Of a stretch of 14,294 bases of DNA, positions 1 to 7,916 are shown in pieces (position 1 is the first letter of the stretch; each line of letters begins with the position of its first letter). A program made the position numbers and the translations under genes. The notes under the pieces are model-generated. The model worked only from the letters and a program-made list of their open reading frames with translations. It searched no databases and was not told the DNA's origin. This DNA is from a virus (Duplodnaviria; Heunggongvirae; Uroviricota; Caudoviricetes), in the IMG/VR virus record IMGVR_UViG_3300028952_000022, positions 1 to 14,294 of that record, one strand, 5' to 3'.

Positions 1-1857
1 ATGGCATTTAAACACTATGATGTTGTCAGGGCGGCGTCGCCGTCAGATCTTGCGGAAAAGCTGACACATAAACTGAAAGAGGGCTGGCAGCCGTTTGGTA
101 GTCCGGTGGCCATAACCCCTTATACCCTGATGCAGGCGATTGCAGCAGAAGGTGATGTGGTCGTCAGTGGTGCAACTGAGCCGGAGTGGTACTACGTCAT
201 CGTACTGGCCGGGCAATCCAATGCCATGGCTTACGGTGAAGGGCTTCCGCTTCCGGATTCTTACGATGCGCCCCACCCACGCATTAAGCAACTGGCCCGT
301 CGCAACACAGTGACTCCCGGTGGTAAAGCATGCGCATTTAACGACATCATTCCGGCAGACCACTGCCTGCATGATGTTCAGGATATGAGCGCACTGAATC
401 ATCCGAAGGCAGACCTGAGCAAAGGGCAGTACGGCTGTGTCGGCCAGGGCTTACATATTGCCAAAAAACTGCTTCCGTATATCCCGAATAACGCGGGGAT
501 CCTGCTGGTACCATGCTGTCGTGGTGGTTCGGCATTCACCCAGGGCGCGGAGGGGACATTCAGTGCGGACACGGGGGCCAGCCAGGATTCGGCACGCTGG
601 GGTGTGGGTAAACCGTTATATCAGGACCTGATCGCACGCACCAAAGCGGCATTACAGAAGAACCCGAAAAATGTGTTGCTGGCGGTGTGCTGGATGCAGG
701 GCGAATTTGACATGAGCGCTGCCACCTACGCACAGCAACCGGACCTGTTCACGGCCATGCTGAAGCAGTTCCGTACTGACCTTTCCGGATTTAACGCGCA
801 GTGCCATGGCGGCAGTGCTGCAGTTGTACCGTGGATTTGTGGCGACACGACGTATTACTGGAAAAACACATACGGCACACAGTATGACTCCGTCTACGGC
901 GCGTACAAAAACAGGGAGAGCGACAACGTTTTCTTTGTGCCGTTCATGACCGACGGTAACGGCAACAACACGCCCACCAACTTACCGGCAGAAGACCCGG
1001 ATATTGCTGATGCAGGTTATTACGGCGCGCAATCCCGTAGTAATGGTAATTGGGTATCGTCAAATCGTCCGACACATTTCAGTTCATGGGCGCGCAGGGG
1101 CATTATTTCGGATCGCCTGGCAACCGCTATTCTGAACGCAGTTGGTCGAACCAGCGCCTTCATCAGCGGTACCGCACCGGAGATTAAACCCTCGCCCGGC
1201 GGCGACACGCCATCGGGGCCGTCTGATGGTGACACATCCGTTCGTACAGTCTCCCTGCTGCCGACAGCCGGAGAGGCTGCTGCGCAGGGCTGGACCATCA
1301 CCGGCGGCAGTGTTGCGCTGGAAGATGGTGTGTTTAAGGTTACCAAGCAGAGCAATAAAACCTGGTCCCTGATGCATCCGGTGGATGACGCAGTCTCCCT
1401 GCTGACACGGGGTGGCAGACTGAGCTGTAAGTTTCGACTGTCAGGCGCACTGACCAACAACCAGTTCGGTCTGGGAATTTATCTGTATACCGATGTAGCG
1501 TTACCTGACGTCGTGGCGATGACCGGGACTGGTAACCCGTTCCTGATGTCGTTCTTCACCCAGACCACAGACGGCAAACTGAATCTGATGCATCACAAGA
1601 AAGCCGGAAACACAAAGTTGGGCGAGTTCGGGAATTACAGTAACGACTGGCAGACGCTGGAACTGGTGTTCACCGCCGGCAGTGCCACGGTTACTCCGAA
1701 ACTGAATGGAGTGGCTGGCCCGGCATTCCAGGTCATAAAAGACAGTCTGACACTGGGGCTGAATGCGCTGACGCTGACGGATATTACCAAAAATGCAGCG
1801 TATGGCGTTGAGATAGAAAGTCTGGTGCTGGAGATAAATGCACCGGCATCATCATAA
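1..1857 (+). CDS. nanS-p: Sialate O-acetylesterase, prophage NanS-p type (618 aa from ATG at window position 1; N-terminus may be complete or clipped by the window)
   Basis: Long ORF with the SASA/SGNH-type esterase block 'VIVLAGQSNAMAYGEG'; N-terminal 'MAFKHYDVVRAASPSDLAEKL' resembles the DUF1737-like N-domain of Stx-phage NanS-p proteins. Sits immediately upstream of holin/endolysin, as in Stx-converting and related lambdoid prophages. Homology is from memory. Confidence 0.7.
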   Translation: MAFKHYDVVRAASPSDLAEKLTHKLKEGWQPFGSPVAITPYTLMQAIAAEGDVVVSGATEPEWYYVIVLAGQSNAMAYGEGLPLPDSYDAPHPRIKQLARRNTVTPGGKACAFNDIIPADHCLHDVQDMSALNHPKADLSKGQYGCVGQGLHIAKKLLPYIPNNAGILLVPCCRGGSAFTQGAEGTFSADTGASQDSARWGVGKPLYQDLIARTKAALQKNPKNVLLAVCWMQGEFDMSAATYAQQPDLFTAMLKQFRTDLSGFNAQCHGGSAAVVPWICGDTTYYWKNTYGTQYDSVYGAYKNRESDNVFFVPFMTDGNGNNTPTNLPAEDPDIADAGYYGAQSRSNGNWVSSNRPTHFSSWARRGIISDRLATAILNAVGRTSAFISGTAPEIKPSPGGDTPSGPSDGDTSVRTVSLLPTAGEAAAQGWTITGGSVALEDGVFKVTKQSNKTWSLMHPVDDAVSLLTRGGRLSCKFRLSGALTNNQFGLGIYLYTDVALPDVVAMTGTGNPFLMSFFTQTTDGKLNLMHHKKAGNTKLGEFGNYSNDWQTLELVFTAGSATVTPKLNGVAGPAFQVIKDSLTLGLNALTLTDITKNAAYGVEIESLVLEINAPASS

Positions 1858-1942
1858 AAAGTGAGCCAGTCAAATGGAAGGTATCGTTAAACTCACCGGT
1901 AGTGTCAGTGGGTCGTCTGAGATGCCTGCATGAGTTATCAGA

Positions 1943-1972
1943 GCCATCAGTACTTAACTGGTGGCTTTTTTT
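1943..1972 (+). terminator. Rho-independent terminator candidate between nanS-p and holin
   Basis: 9-bp stem gccatcagt / actggtggc (one G-U wobble), 5-nt loop, then TTTTTTT (1966-1972). Confidence 0.55.
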
Positions 1973-2007
1973 ATTGTTGTCAGCTTCCGGATAACGGGAG
2001 ACGGGGT

Positions 2008-2224
2008 ATGTACCAGATGGAAAAAATCACAACAGGTGTGTCATACACCACGTCAGCGGNNNNNNNNNNNNNNNNNNNNCCTGCAGTTGCTGGACAGGGT
2101 TTCCCCGTCTCAGTGGGCGGCAATAGGCGTGCTGGGGAGTCTGCTGTTTGGGCTGCTGACATATCTGACTAACCTGTATTTCAAAATCAGAGAGGACCGT
2201 CGTAAGGCTGCACGGGGAGAGTAA
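2008..2224 (+). CDS. S: Class II pinholin, S21-like, with dual start (ATG 2008 and ATG 2017); interrupted by a 20-N gap at 2060-2079 that breaks the frame
   Basis: Before the gap: '[17 protein letters not shown]'; after the gap: '[47 protein letters not shown]'. This matches the phage 21 S pinholin pattern (dual Met start, two TMDs, charged C-tail). The N run is 1 nt off a multiple of 3, so it is a placeholder, not a real frameshift. Confidence 0.8.
2060..2079. other. Assembly gap or masked bases (20 N)
   Basis: Run of 20 'n' characters in the sequence. Confidence 1.
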
Positions 2225-2228
2225 TTCA

Positions 2229-2579
2229 ATGACTCAAAACTATGAACTGATTGTGAAAGGGATCCGCAATTTTGAGAATAAAGTTACGGTAACTTTAGCG
2301 TTACGGGACAAAAAAACGCTTTGACGGTGAAATTTTTGACCTGGACATCTCGCTGGACCGTGTTGAAGGTGCCACGCTGGAGTTTTATGAGGCAGCAGCC
2401 AGAAGGAGCATCAGACAGGTCTTCCTGGATGTTGCTGCCGGGTTATGTGAAGGGGATGAGCAGTCGCCGGAAAAGCGCCCCGTAATTTTAGAGGCGCAGA
2501 ATGTATGGATAACCTACAAAGGAAAGCTACCGGGAATAATTACTGGTTCTCTGAAGACTCCTCCGGAATCACAACCTTA
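2229..2579 (+). pseudogene. YdfR/DUF1327-like prophage protein, frameshifted at an A7 homopolymer (2310-2316)
   Basis: ATG 2229 gives 'MTQNYELIVKGIRNFENKVTVTLALRDKKTL*' (stop 2322-2324). Removing one A gives a continuous ~116-aa protein '...ALRDKKRFDGEIFDLDISLDRVEGATLEFYEAAARRSIRQVFLDV...ESQP*' ending at 2579. This resembles the YdfR-type protein found between holin and lysozyme in E. coli cryptic prophages (from memory). Confidence 0.55.
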
Positions 2580-2643
2580 AGTCACTGACCGGAACAGATA
2601 AACCTGTCCGTGGGCAGAAACCGATAAATCCTGATAAATATCC

Positions 2644-3177
2644 ATGAACACCAAAATCAAATACGGCCTGTCGGCTGCCGTTCTGGCGCTGATTGCCGCT
2701 GGTGCGCCTGCGCCTGACATTCTCGACCAGTTTCTGGATGAAAAGGAAGGTAACCACACCACGGCATACCGTGATGGCGCGGGTATCTGGACCATCTGCC
2801 GCGGTGCCATCCTGGTGGATGGCAAACCTGTCGTTCCTGGCATGAAGTTGTCGAAGGAAAAATGCGACCGGGTTAACGCCATTGAGCGTGATAAGGCGCT
2901 GGCATGGGTGGAGAAAAACATCAGAGTGCCATTGAGTGAACCCCAGAAAGCGGGGATCGCGTCATTCTGTCCGTACAACATTGGCCCCGGTAAGTGTTTT
3001 CCGTCGACGTTTTATAAACGAATTAATGCAGGTGATCGCAGGGGAGCGTGTGAGGCGATTCGCTGGTGGATTAAGGACGGTGGCAGGGACTGCCGTATTC
3101 GCTCAAATAACTGTTACGGTCAGGTATCCCGTCGTGACCAGGAGAGCGCGCTGGCGTGCTGGGGAATCGACAGATAA
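2644..3177 (+). CDS. R: SAR-type endolysin (phage lysozyme, 177 aa)
   Basis: N-terminal signal-anchor-release-like hydrophobic stretch 'YGLSAAVLALIAAGAPAP', then a lysozyme-like domain ('TAYRDGAGIWTICRG...'). Position is downstream of the holin and upstream of Rz/Rz1. Confidence 0.85.
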   Translation: MNTKIKYGLSAAVLALIAAGAPAPDILDQFLDEKEGNHTTAYRDGAGIWTICRGAILVDGKPVVPGMKLSKEKCDRVNAIERDKALAWVEKNIRVPLSEPQKAGIASFCPYNIGPGKCFPSTFYKRINAGDRRGACEAIRWWIKDGGRDCRIRSNNCYGQVSRRDQESALACWGIDR

Positions 3178-3266
3178 GCAGAATATTTTGCTAATAAATG
3201 ACGTTGGCCAAGGCGGATGGATAACACGAAATCCTGCGAACTGGCAAAATGTAAGTGAATAAAAGT

Positions 3267-3306
3267 AAAAACCCCGTTTGTTGGCAGCAAGCGGGGTTTT
3301 GTTTTT
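3267..3306 (+). terminator. Rho-independent terminator ~90 nt downstream of R
   Basis: aaaaaCCCCGTTTG-ttggcag-CAAGCGGGGtttt gttttt: 9-bp stem with one wobble, 7-nt loop, T-run 3297-3306. Confidence 0.6.
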
Positions 3307-3469
3307 ATGGCAGTAAGCTATGGGAGGCTGCCTTGATTGATTTTAGCAAACTGATTAGGGAGTTGCGACTCATGATTAGTCAATTACCAAACTGGAAATT
3401 TTTGCTGGTCTGGAGCATCCCTTTTTTATGGGTAGTATCCCAGTTAATTGTGGCAATTAAGGGGTAGCT

Positions 3470-3601
3470 ATGTCAGACAAACTCATAACGCCGGCAAAGG
3501 TCCTGTGTGTGATTGTCGGTATTTCATTTTCACTAATGCTGGTTGCTCTTTTTCTGTCCCTCGCCTGGGTGATGTTGTCTTCGTCGGGGCTGCTGGGGTG
3601 A
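3470..3601 (+). CDS. Hypothetical small membrane peptide (43 aa, single predicted TMD)
   Basis: ATG 3470 preceded by AAGGGG (3459-3464); translation 'MSDKLITPAKVLCVIVGISFSLMLVALFLSLAWVMLSSSGLLG*'. Below the ORF-track size cutoff, found by hand translation. Confidence 0.35.
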   Translation: MSDKLITPAKVLCVIVGISFSLMLVALFLSLAWVMLSSSGLLG

Positions 3602-3720
3602 CAGTGACTGATGACATCAGCAGAGCGCTGGCTTTTGCTATTAAGTGGGTGGCTGTTGGTATTGCTGTGTCTCCGATGCTGTATGGGCTGGCAAAACTGG
3701 TCATTGCGCTGAAATCGTGA
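3598..3720 (+). CDS. Hypothetical small hydrophobic peptide (~40 aa, possible GTG start), paralogous to the 3732-3818 ORF
   Basis: Frame of track ORF 3448-3720; C-terminal part 'DDISRALAFAIKWVAVGIAVSPMLYGLAKLVIALKS*'. Start codon uncertain (GTG 3598, GTG 3604 or later). Confidence 0.2.
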   Translation: MTVTDDISRALAFAIKWVAVGIAVSPMLYGLAKLVIALKS

Positions 3721-3731
3721 ACTTTAAAAAG

Positions 3732-3818
3732 ATGAGTGCTGAACTTATTCGGGCAATGGCATTTGCCATTCGTATTGTGGCCATTGCTGTTCTGGTCTGG
3801 GCAATCCGTTGGTGGTGA
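3732..3818 (+). CDS. Hypothetical small hydrophobic peptide (28 aa) immediately upstream of Rz
   Basis: ATG 3732 to TGA 3816-3818: '[28 protein letters not shown]'. Motif RA(L/M)AFAI(K/R)xVA is shared with the preceding ORF. Weak ribosome-binding site. Confidence 0.25.
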   Translation: MSAELIRAMAFAIRIVAIAVLVWAIRWW

Positions 3819-3819
3819 T

Positions 3820-4314
3820 ATGAACCGTGTTCTGTGTGTGGTGATTATTGTCCTGCTGGTAGCCTGTGGTGTGCTTAGTCTGGGGCTGAATCATTACCGC
3901 GATAACGCCATCACCTACAAAGCGCAGCGCGATAAAAAAGTCAGTGAGCTGAAACTGGCGAATGCCACTATTACTGACATGCAGCAGCGCCAGCGAGATG
4001 TCGCTGCGCTTGATGCCAGATACACGAAGGAATTAGCCGATGCGAGAGCTGAAAATGAAACTCTGCGCGCTGATGTTGCCGCTGGTCGTAAGCGCCTGCG
4101 GGTCAACGCCACCTGCCCCGGTACCGTGCGTGAAGCCACCGGCACCTCCAGCGTGGATAATGCAACCGGCCCCCGACTGGCAGACACCGCTGAACGGGAT
4201 TATTTCATCCTCAGAGAACGGTTGATGACAATGCAGAAGCAGCTGGAAGGGGCGCAGGAATATATCCGCACTCAGTGCACTAAGCTGGCTTTTTATTATC
4301 CGGAGGATACATGA
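3820..4314 (+). CDS. Rz: Inner-membrane spanin Rz (i-spanin)
   Basis: ATG 3820 with GGTGGTG upstream; '[75 protein letters not shown]...' is close to lambda Rz. N-terminal TMD plus coiled-coil periplasmic domain. Confidence 0.9.
   Translation: MNRVLCVVIIVLLVACGVLSLGLNHYRDNAITYKAQRDKKVSELKLANATITDMQQRQRDVAALDARYTKELADARAENETLRADVAAGRKRLRVNATCPGTVREATGTSSVDNATGPRLADTAERDYFILRERLMTMQKQLEGAQEYIRTQCTKLAFYYPEDT
4040..4225 (+). CDS. Rz1: Outer-membrane lipoprotein spanin Rz1 (o-spanin), embedded in the +1 frame of Rz
   Basis: '[61 protein letters not shown]': lipobox LVVSAC, proline-rich, very close to lambda Rz1. Confidence 0.85.
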   Translation: MRELKMKLCALMLPLVVSACGSTPPAPVPCVKPPAPPAWIMQPAPDWQTPLNGIISSSENG

Positions 4315-4535
4315 AGAAATTACGGGTAACCGTAGAACCTTTTCAGGGAACAATTCCGTTCCGTATTTTGCAGCGTGGTCGTGTTCTTGTTGAAGGTTCG
4401 TTCAGTGGTAAATGTACGCAATTACACTCCCGGACCTTTCAGGTGAATGCCACGAATGAAGAGCTAACCGTGGAGTGTACGATGAATGCCGCTAAATGCC
4501 GCATGGTATCCGCTGCATTACAGCCAGTGTGTTGA
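4311..4535 (+). CDS. Hypothetical protein (74 aa); start overlaps the Rz stop (ATGA)
   Basis: ORF '[29 protein letters not shown]...'; translational-coupling-type overlap with Rz. No recognisable family. Confidence 0.3.
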   Translation: MKKLRVTVEPFQGTIPFRILQRGRVLVEGSFSGKCTQLHSRTFQVNATNEELTVECTMNAAKCRMVSAALQPVC

Positions 4536-4733
4536 GCGACCTTATTATCCATGCGCGGTATTGTCGCCGTATTCCTGCATTAACAGAGACCGCAGCCCGA
4601 CAGGGAGACTCCTCTGCGCGAGTGTGCGGGGATAATCAAAAACGATACACACCGGGGTTTACCGCGTTAACGGAGCGCGGCGTTGTCCCCTCATAGTCGC
4701 CTGTCCGGTGCGATGGTGGAAGAAACCGAACGT

Positions 4734-4934
4734 TCATTTCTCGTTATTTGTCATGCTGGCCGGGCGCAGATGCGTTGCATCTGTTGCCAGCCTTCTCCTG
4801 CAGGCTTCAATAACCCACGCTGAAAAGTTACCGGACCCTTTATGCTCAAGGGCGATGTTGATCTGTTCAATTATGTGATTGGGGAAACGGATATTGCGGG
4901 TTGTGGTTCTGCGGGTACGGTTTTTCGATGACAT
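4734..4934 (-). CDS. ylcI: YlcI/DUF3950-family small prophage protein (66 aa)
   Basis: Internal Met start (ATG at 4934 on the minus strand) with AAGGAA 6 nt upstream; 'MSSKNRTRRTTTRNIRFPNHIIEQINIALEHKGSGNFSAWVIEACRRRL...' matches the YlcI-type protein found next to terminase genes in E. coli cryptic prophages such as DLP12 (from memory). Confidence 0.65.
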   Translation of the reverse strand: MSSKNRTRRTTTRNIRFPNHIIEQINIALEHKGSGNFSAWVIEACRRRLATDATHLRPASMTNNEK

Positions 4935-4975
4935 ATTTATTTCCTTTACTGATTGCCATATGACGGGGATTTTAC

Positions 4976-5341
4976 ATGGCTGAGCTTCGTACACTCCAGA
5001 GCAGAATCAAAACACTGAATACCCGACGGGTGAATATTCTGAAGGGTGAACAGCGTCGTGTCAGTGGCAGTGCACGTGTTTCCCTCAAGCGTCATATCTG
5101 GCTCAGGGACGCCGGGCAGTGCCGTCTCTGTGGTCGTGTGGTTGACCTCTGTGACAGTGAACTCGATCACCGAATTGCACTTCAGTTCGGTGGTGGTAAT
5201 GAGGAGACGAATCTCTGGACGCTCTGTACCGAATGCCATCGACAAAAGTCTGCTCGTGAAGCGGCGAGTGGTATGCCGGACCCGACGCTGCCGGAGGTGT
5301 CCGGAGGTAGTGGCAGAGAGGACGACATCATCGGACTGTAA
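4976..5341 (+). CDS. HNH endonuclease (packaging-associated)
   Basis: HNH motif 'DHRIALQFGG...NLWTLCTECHRQKS' with a Cys pair 'CRLCG'. Position directly upstream of TerS is typical of HK97-like cos phages. Confidence 0.85.
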   Translation: MAELRTLQSRIKTLNTRRVNILKGEQRRVSGSARVSLKRHIWLRDAGQCRLCGRVVDLCDSELDHRIALQFGGGNEETNLWTLCTECHRQKSAREAASGMPDPTLPEVSGGSGREDDIIGL

Positions 5342-5430
5342 CCCAACCCGGGGGGGGTATCATCCGGCGTAAAAAACGATCGCTTTGGACACCGCGCCCC
5401 CTCTCACGCAGAGAAAAAATTCCCGTTTCA

Positions 5431-5559
5431 GGGCAGTTAACATGTTAACTGGCTGCCCGGGCATTTTTGCGGTTTTTATCTTTATTATTCAGTTTGTTGT
5501 GCGGAAAAAATGTTAACAGGCTTTTTCAGCAAATGTTAACCAGGCAGCAGTTAACATTT
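5431..5559. promoter_or_regulatory. cos-region-like array of ATGTTAAC / GTTAACAT inverted repeats (candidate terminase or accessory-factor binding sites)
   Basis: Palindrome GGGCAG-TTAACATGTTAA-CTGGCTGCCC at 5431-5458; AATGTTAAC at 5508-5516; perfect 10-bp inverted repeat AAATGTTAAC-n9-GTTAACATTT at 5531-5559. Located between the HNH and TerS genes. Confidence 0.4.
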
Positions 5560-5631
5560 GCGGCATGAGACGCCGGGAAAAATGGGCTGAACCATACCCG
5601 GCTGAGTGCGTTCTGGACCCGGGAGGAGGCT

Positions 5632-6195
5632 GTGCTGACAACGCAAAAACGAAAATTTGCGCTGGCGCTCATGTCCGGGAAAAACAAAACAGCGTCAGCC
5701 ATTGCCGCCGGTTATTCGGCGAAGACCGCCAGGGTTAAAGGCTCGCAGCTGGCAAAAGATCCTGAGGTGCTTGCGTTTATAGCCCGTAAACAATGCGAGA
5801 CGGTGGAGGTGGATGAGGTTCCTGTTTACCGGCAGAAAAAATCAGAGCAGGAGGATAAACCCCGTCGCCGTGAGGCGGCTGCAATACCACAGCCGGACGA
5901 AAACAATCTGGAGATGCCACCGTCCGCGGTGATGTCTCCTGGTATTGAATATATGGAGGATGGTCTTCCCGATCCGGTGAAAGCCATGGGGCGGATCCTG
6001 GTGGAAAACCTCTGCATTGATCCGAAACTGGCACTGGATGCGGCCTGGCGTCTGGCGCAGTTCACGCACCATAAAAAAGGGGATACCGGGAAAAAATCGG
6101 CAAAAGGTGATGCCGCGAAAAAAGCGGCTAACCGTTTTGCGGTGCCACCGCCCCCCCGACTGGTGGTGAATAACGATAATGAGGGCAACGGATGA
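5632..6195 (+). CDS. Terminase small subunit (P27-family type), GTG start
   Basis: GTG 5632 preceded by GGGAGGAGG; N-terminal 'QKRKFALALMSGKNKTASAIAAGYSAKTARVKGSQLAKDPEV' is an HTH-like TerS signature; stop overlaps the TerL start (ATGA at 6192-6195). Confidence 0.8.
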   Translation: MLTTQKRKFALALMSGKNKTASAIAAGYSAKTARVKGSQLAKDPEVLAFIARKQCETVEVDEVPVYRQKKSEQEDKPRRREAAAIPQPDENNLEMPPSAVMSPGIEYMEDGLPDPVKAMGRILVENLCIDPKLALDAAWRLAQFTHHKKGDTGKKSAKGDAAKKAANRFAVPPPPRLVVNNDNEGNG

Positions 6196-7853
6196 TACCT
6201 GTATGGAGCACAGCCTGCCCGGACTGGGCAGAGCGCCTGAAAAAGGGGCTGTCGATTATTCCGGATCCGATTTATCCGGACGAGGCCGCACATGCCCTGG
6301 CGATTTTTAAACAACTGCGGATTGTGGATGCACCTGGTAGCCCTACGTTCGGGGAGTCCTGTGCACCGTGGGTGTTTGACCTGGTGGCGGCCCTGTTTGG
6401 CTCCTACGATGCGCAGACCGGTGTACGCCATATCAAGGAAGTTTTTATCCTTATCCCCAAGAAAAACTCGAAGTCCACGCTGGCCGCGGGGATCATGATG
6501 ACTGCACTGTTACTGAACTGGCGGCAGGCGGCGGGTTACACGATTCTGGCCCCGACTGTGGAGGTGGCGGCCAACGCCTTCAACCCTGCCCGGGATATGG
6601 TACGACGTGACGATGATCTGGATGACCTCTGCCAGGTACAGACCCATATCCGGACCATCACCCACCGAGTGACGGACACCACCCTGAAGGTGGTGGCAGC
6701 CGATCCGAATACGGTGTCCGGTATCAAGTCCGTGGGTACGCTGATTGATGAGTTGTGGCTGTTTGGCAAGCAGTGCAAGGCGGAGGACATGTTACGTGAA
6801 GCCATAGGCGGCCTTGCCTCCCGCCCGGAAGGGTTTGTGGTGTATACGACCACCCAGTCGAATGAACCGCCCGCCGGGGTGTTCAGACAGAAACTGCAGT
6901 ACGCCCGGGATGTGCGCGACGGCAAAATTCATGATCCGCACTTTCTGCCGGTGATATTTGAACACCCTCCTGAAATGGTGGAAAGCGGGGCTAACCTGCT
7001 GATGGAAAACCTCGCCATGGTCAATCCGAATCTCGGCTATTCAGTGGATGAGGCCTTTCTGTACCGGGAGTACCGTAAAGCCCGGGAAGCCGGTGAAGAG
7101 ACATTCCGGGGGTTCATGTCAAAACACGCCAATGTGGAAATTGGTCTTGCCCTGCGCTCTGACCGCTGGGCGGGGGCTGATTTCTGGGAAGAGCAGGGCC
7201 GTTGTATCAGCCTGGACGATATCCTGCGTCGTGCTGATGTGGTGACGGTGGGGATTGACGGCGGAGGGCTGGATGATCTGCTGGGGATGTATGTGATTGG
7301 GCGTGACCGGGAGACCCGCGAATGGCTGGGCTGGGGCCATGCCTGGGCGCATGAAACCGCGGTGGTCCGACGGAAGAGCGAGGCGTCCCGGTTTCAGGAT
7401 CTTGTTGCCTGTGGAGATATGACCATTGTCCGGCGTGTCGGGGATGACACGGCGGAAGTGGCGGAATATGTGCGTCGCATTCATGAGGCTGAGTTACTGG
7501 ACCATATCGGTATTGACCCGTCAGGGGTGGGGCAGATTCTGGATTCACTGGCGGAAGCCGGGATCCCCGACGGAATTGTGGTGGGGATAAGCCAGGGCTG
7601 GAAACTGGGCGGGGCCATTAAAACCACCGAGCGCAAACTGGCTGAAGGGGTGCTGGTGCATGGTGACCAGCCCCTGATGGCCTGGTGTGTCGGCAATGCC
7701 CGGGTGGAGCCTAAAGGTAACGCCATTCTTATCACCAAACAGGCCAGTGGACGGGGAAAAATTGACCCGCTGATGGCGCTGTTCAATGCGGTCTCCCTGA
7801 TGTCCCTTAACCCGGAACCGAAAAAGAAAGAATATGCGGTTTTTTTCATATAA
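6192..7853 (+). CDS. Terminase large subunit (553 aa)
   Basis: Large ORF translationally coupled to TerS. The track translation includes a Walker-A-like segment 'ILIPKKNSKST' and acidic nuclease-domain residues; size and position are typical of Terminase_1-type TerL. Confidence 0.85.
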   Translation: MIPVWSTACPDWAERLKKGLSIIPDPIYPDEAAHALAIFKQLRIVDAPGSPTFGESCAPWVFDLVAALFGSYDAQTGVRHIKEVFILIPKKNSKSTLAAGIMMTALLLNWRQAAGYTILAPTVEVAANAFNPARDMVRRDDDLDDLCQVQTHIRTITHRVTDTTLKVVAADPNTVSGIKSVGTLIDELWLFGKQCKAEDMLREAIGGLASRPEGFVVYTTTQSNEPPAGVFRQKLQYARDVRDGKIHDPHFLPVIFEHPPEMVESGANLLMENLAMVNPNLGYSVDEAFLYREYRKAREAGEETFRGFMSKHANVEIGLALRSDRWAGADFWEEQGRCISLDDILRRADVVTVGIDGGGLDDLLGMYVIGRDRETREWLGWGHAWAHETAVVRRKSEASRFQDLVACGDMTIVRRVGDDTAEVAEYVRRIHEAELLDHIGIDPSGVGQILDSLAEAGIPDGIVVGISQGWKLGGAIKTTERKLAEGVLVHGDQPLMAWCVGNARVEPKGNAILITKQASGRGKIDPLMALFNAVSLMSLNPEPKKKEYAVFFI

Positions 7854-7876
7854 CCCTGTTCACACTGTAACCATCA

Positions 7877-7900
7877 CGAACCGCTCCGGCGGTTTTTTTA
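7877..7900 (+). terminator. Rho-independent terminator candidate after TerL
   Basis: AACCGC-tccg-GCGGTT stem-loop followed by TTTTTATTTT. Confidence 0.45.
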
Positions 7901-7916
7901 TTTTCAGGAGGCTGAT

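Noticed and set aside
1020-1460. Minus-strand ORFs (146 aa, 97 aa) and a 76-aa plus-strand ORF inside nanS-p
   Set aside because: Internal to, or antisense of, a long continuous esterase ORF; they have no independent support.
2577-2981. 134-aa minus-strand ORF overlapping the endolysin start
   Set aside because: Antisense to the SAR endolysin and the YdfR-like remnant; no family resemblance.
5826-6431. 201-aa minus-strand ORF overlapping the 3' end of TerS and the start of TerL
   Set aside because: Fully antisense to two well-supported, translationally coupled packaging genes; Arg/Pro/Gly-rich composition typical of a shadow ORF in GC-rich coding sequence.
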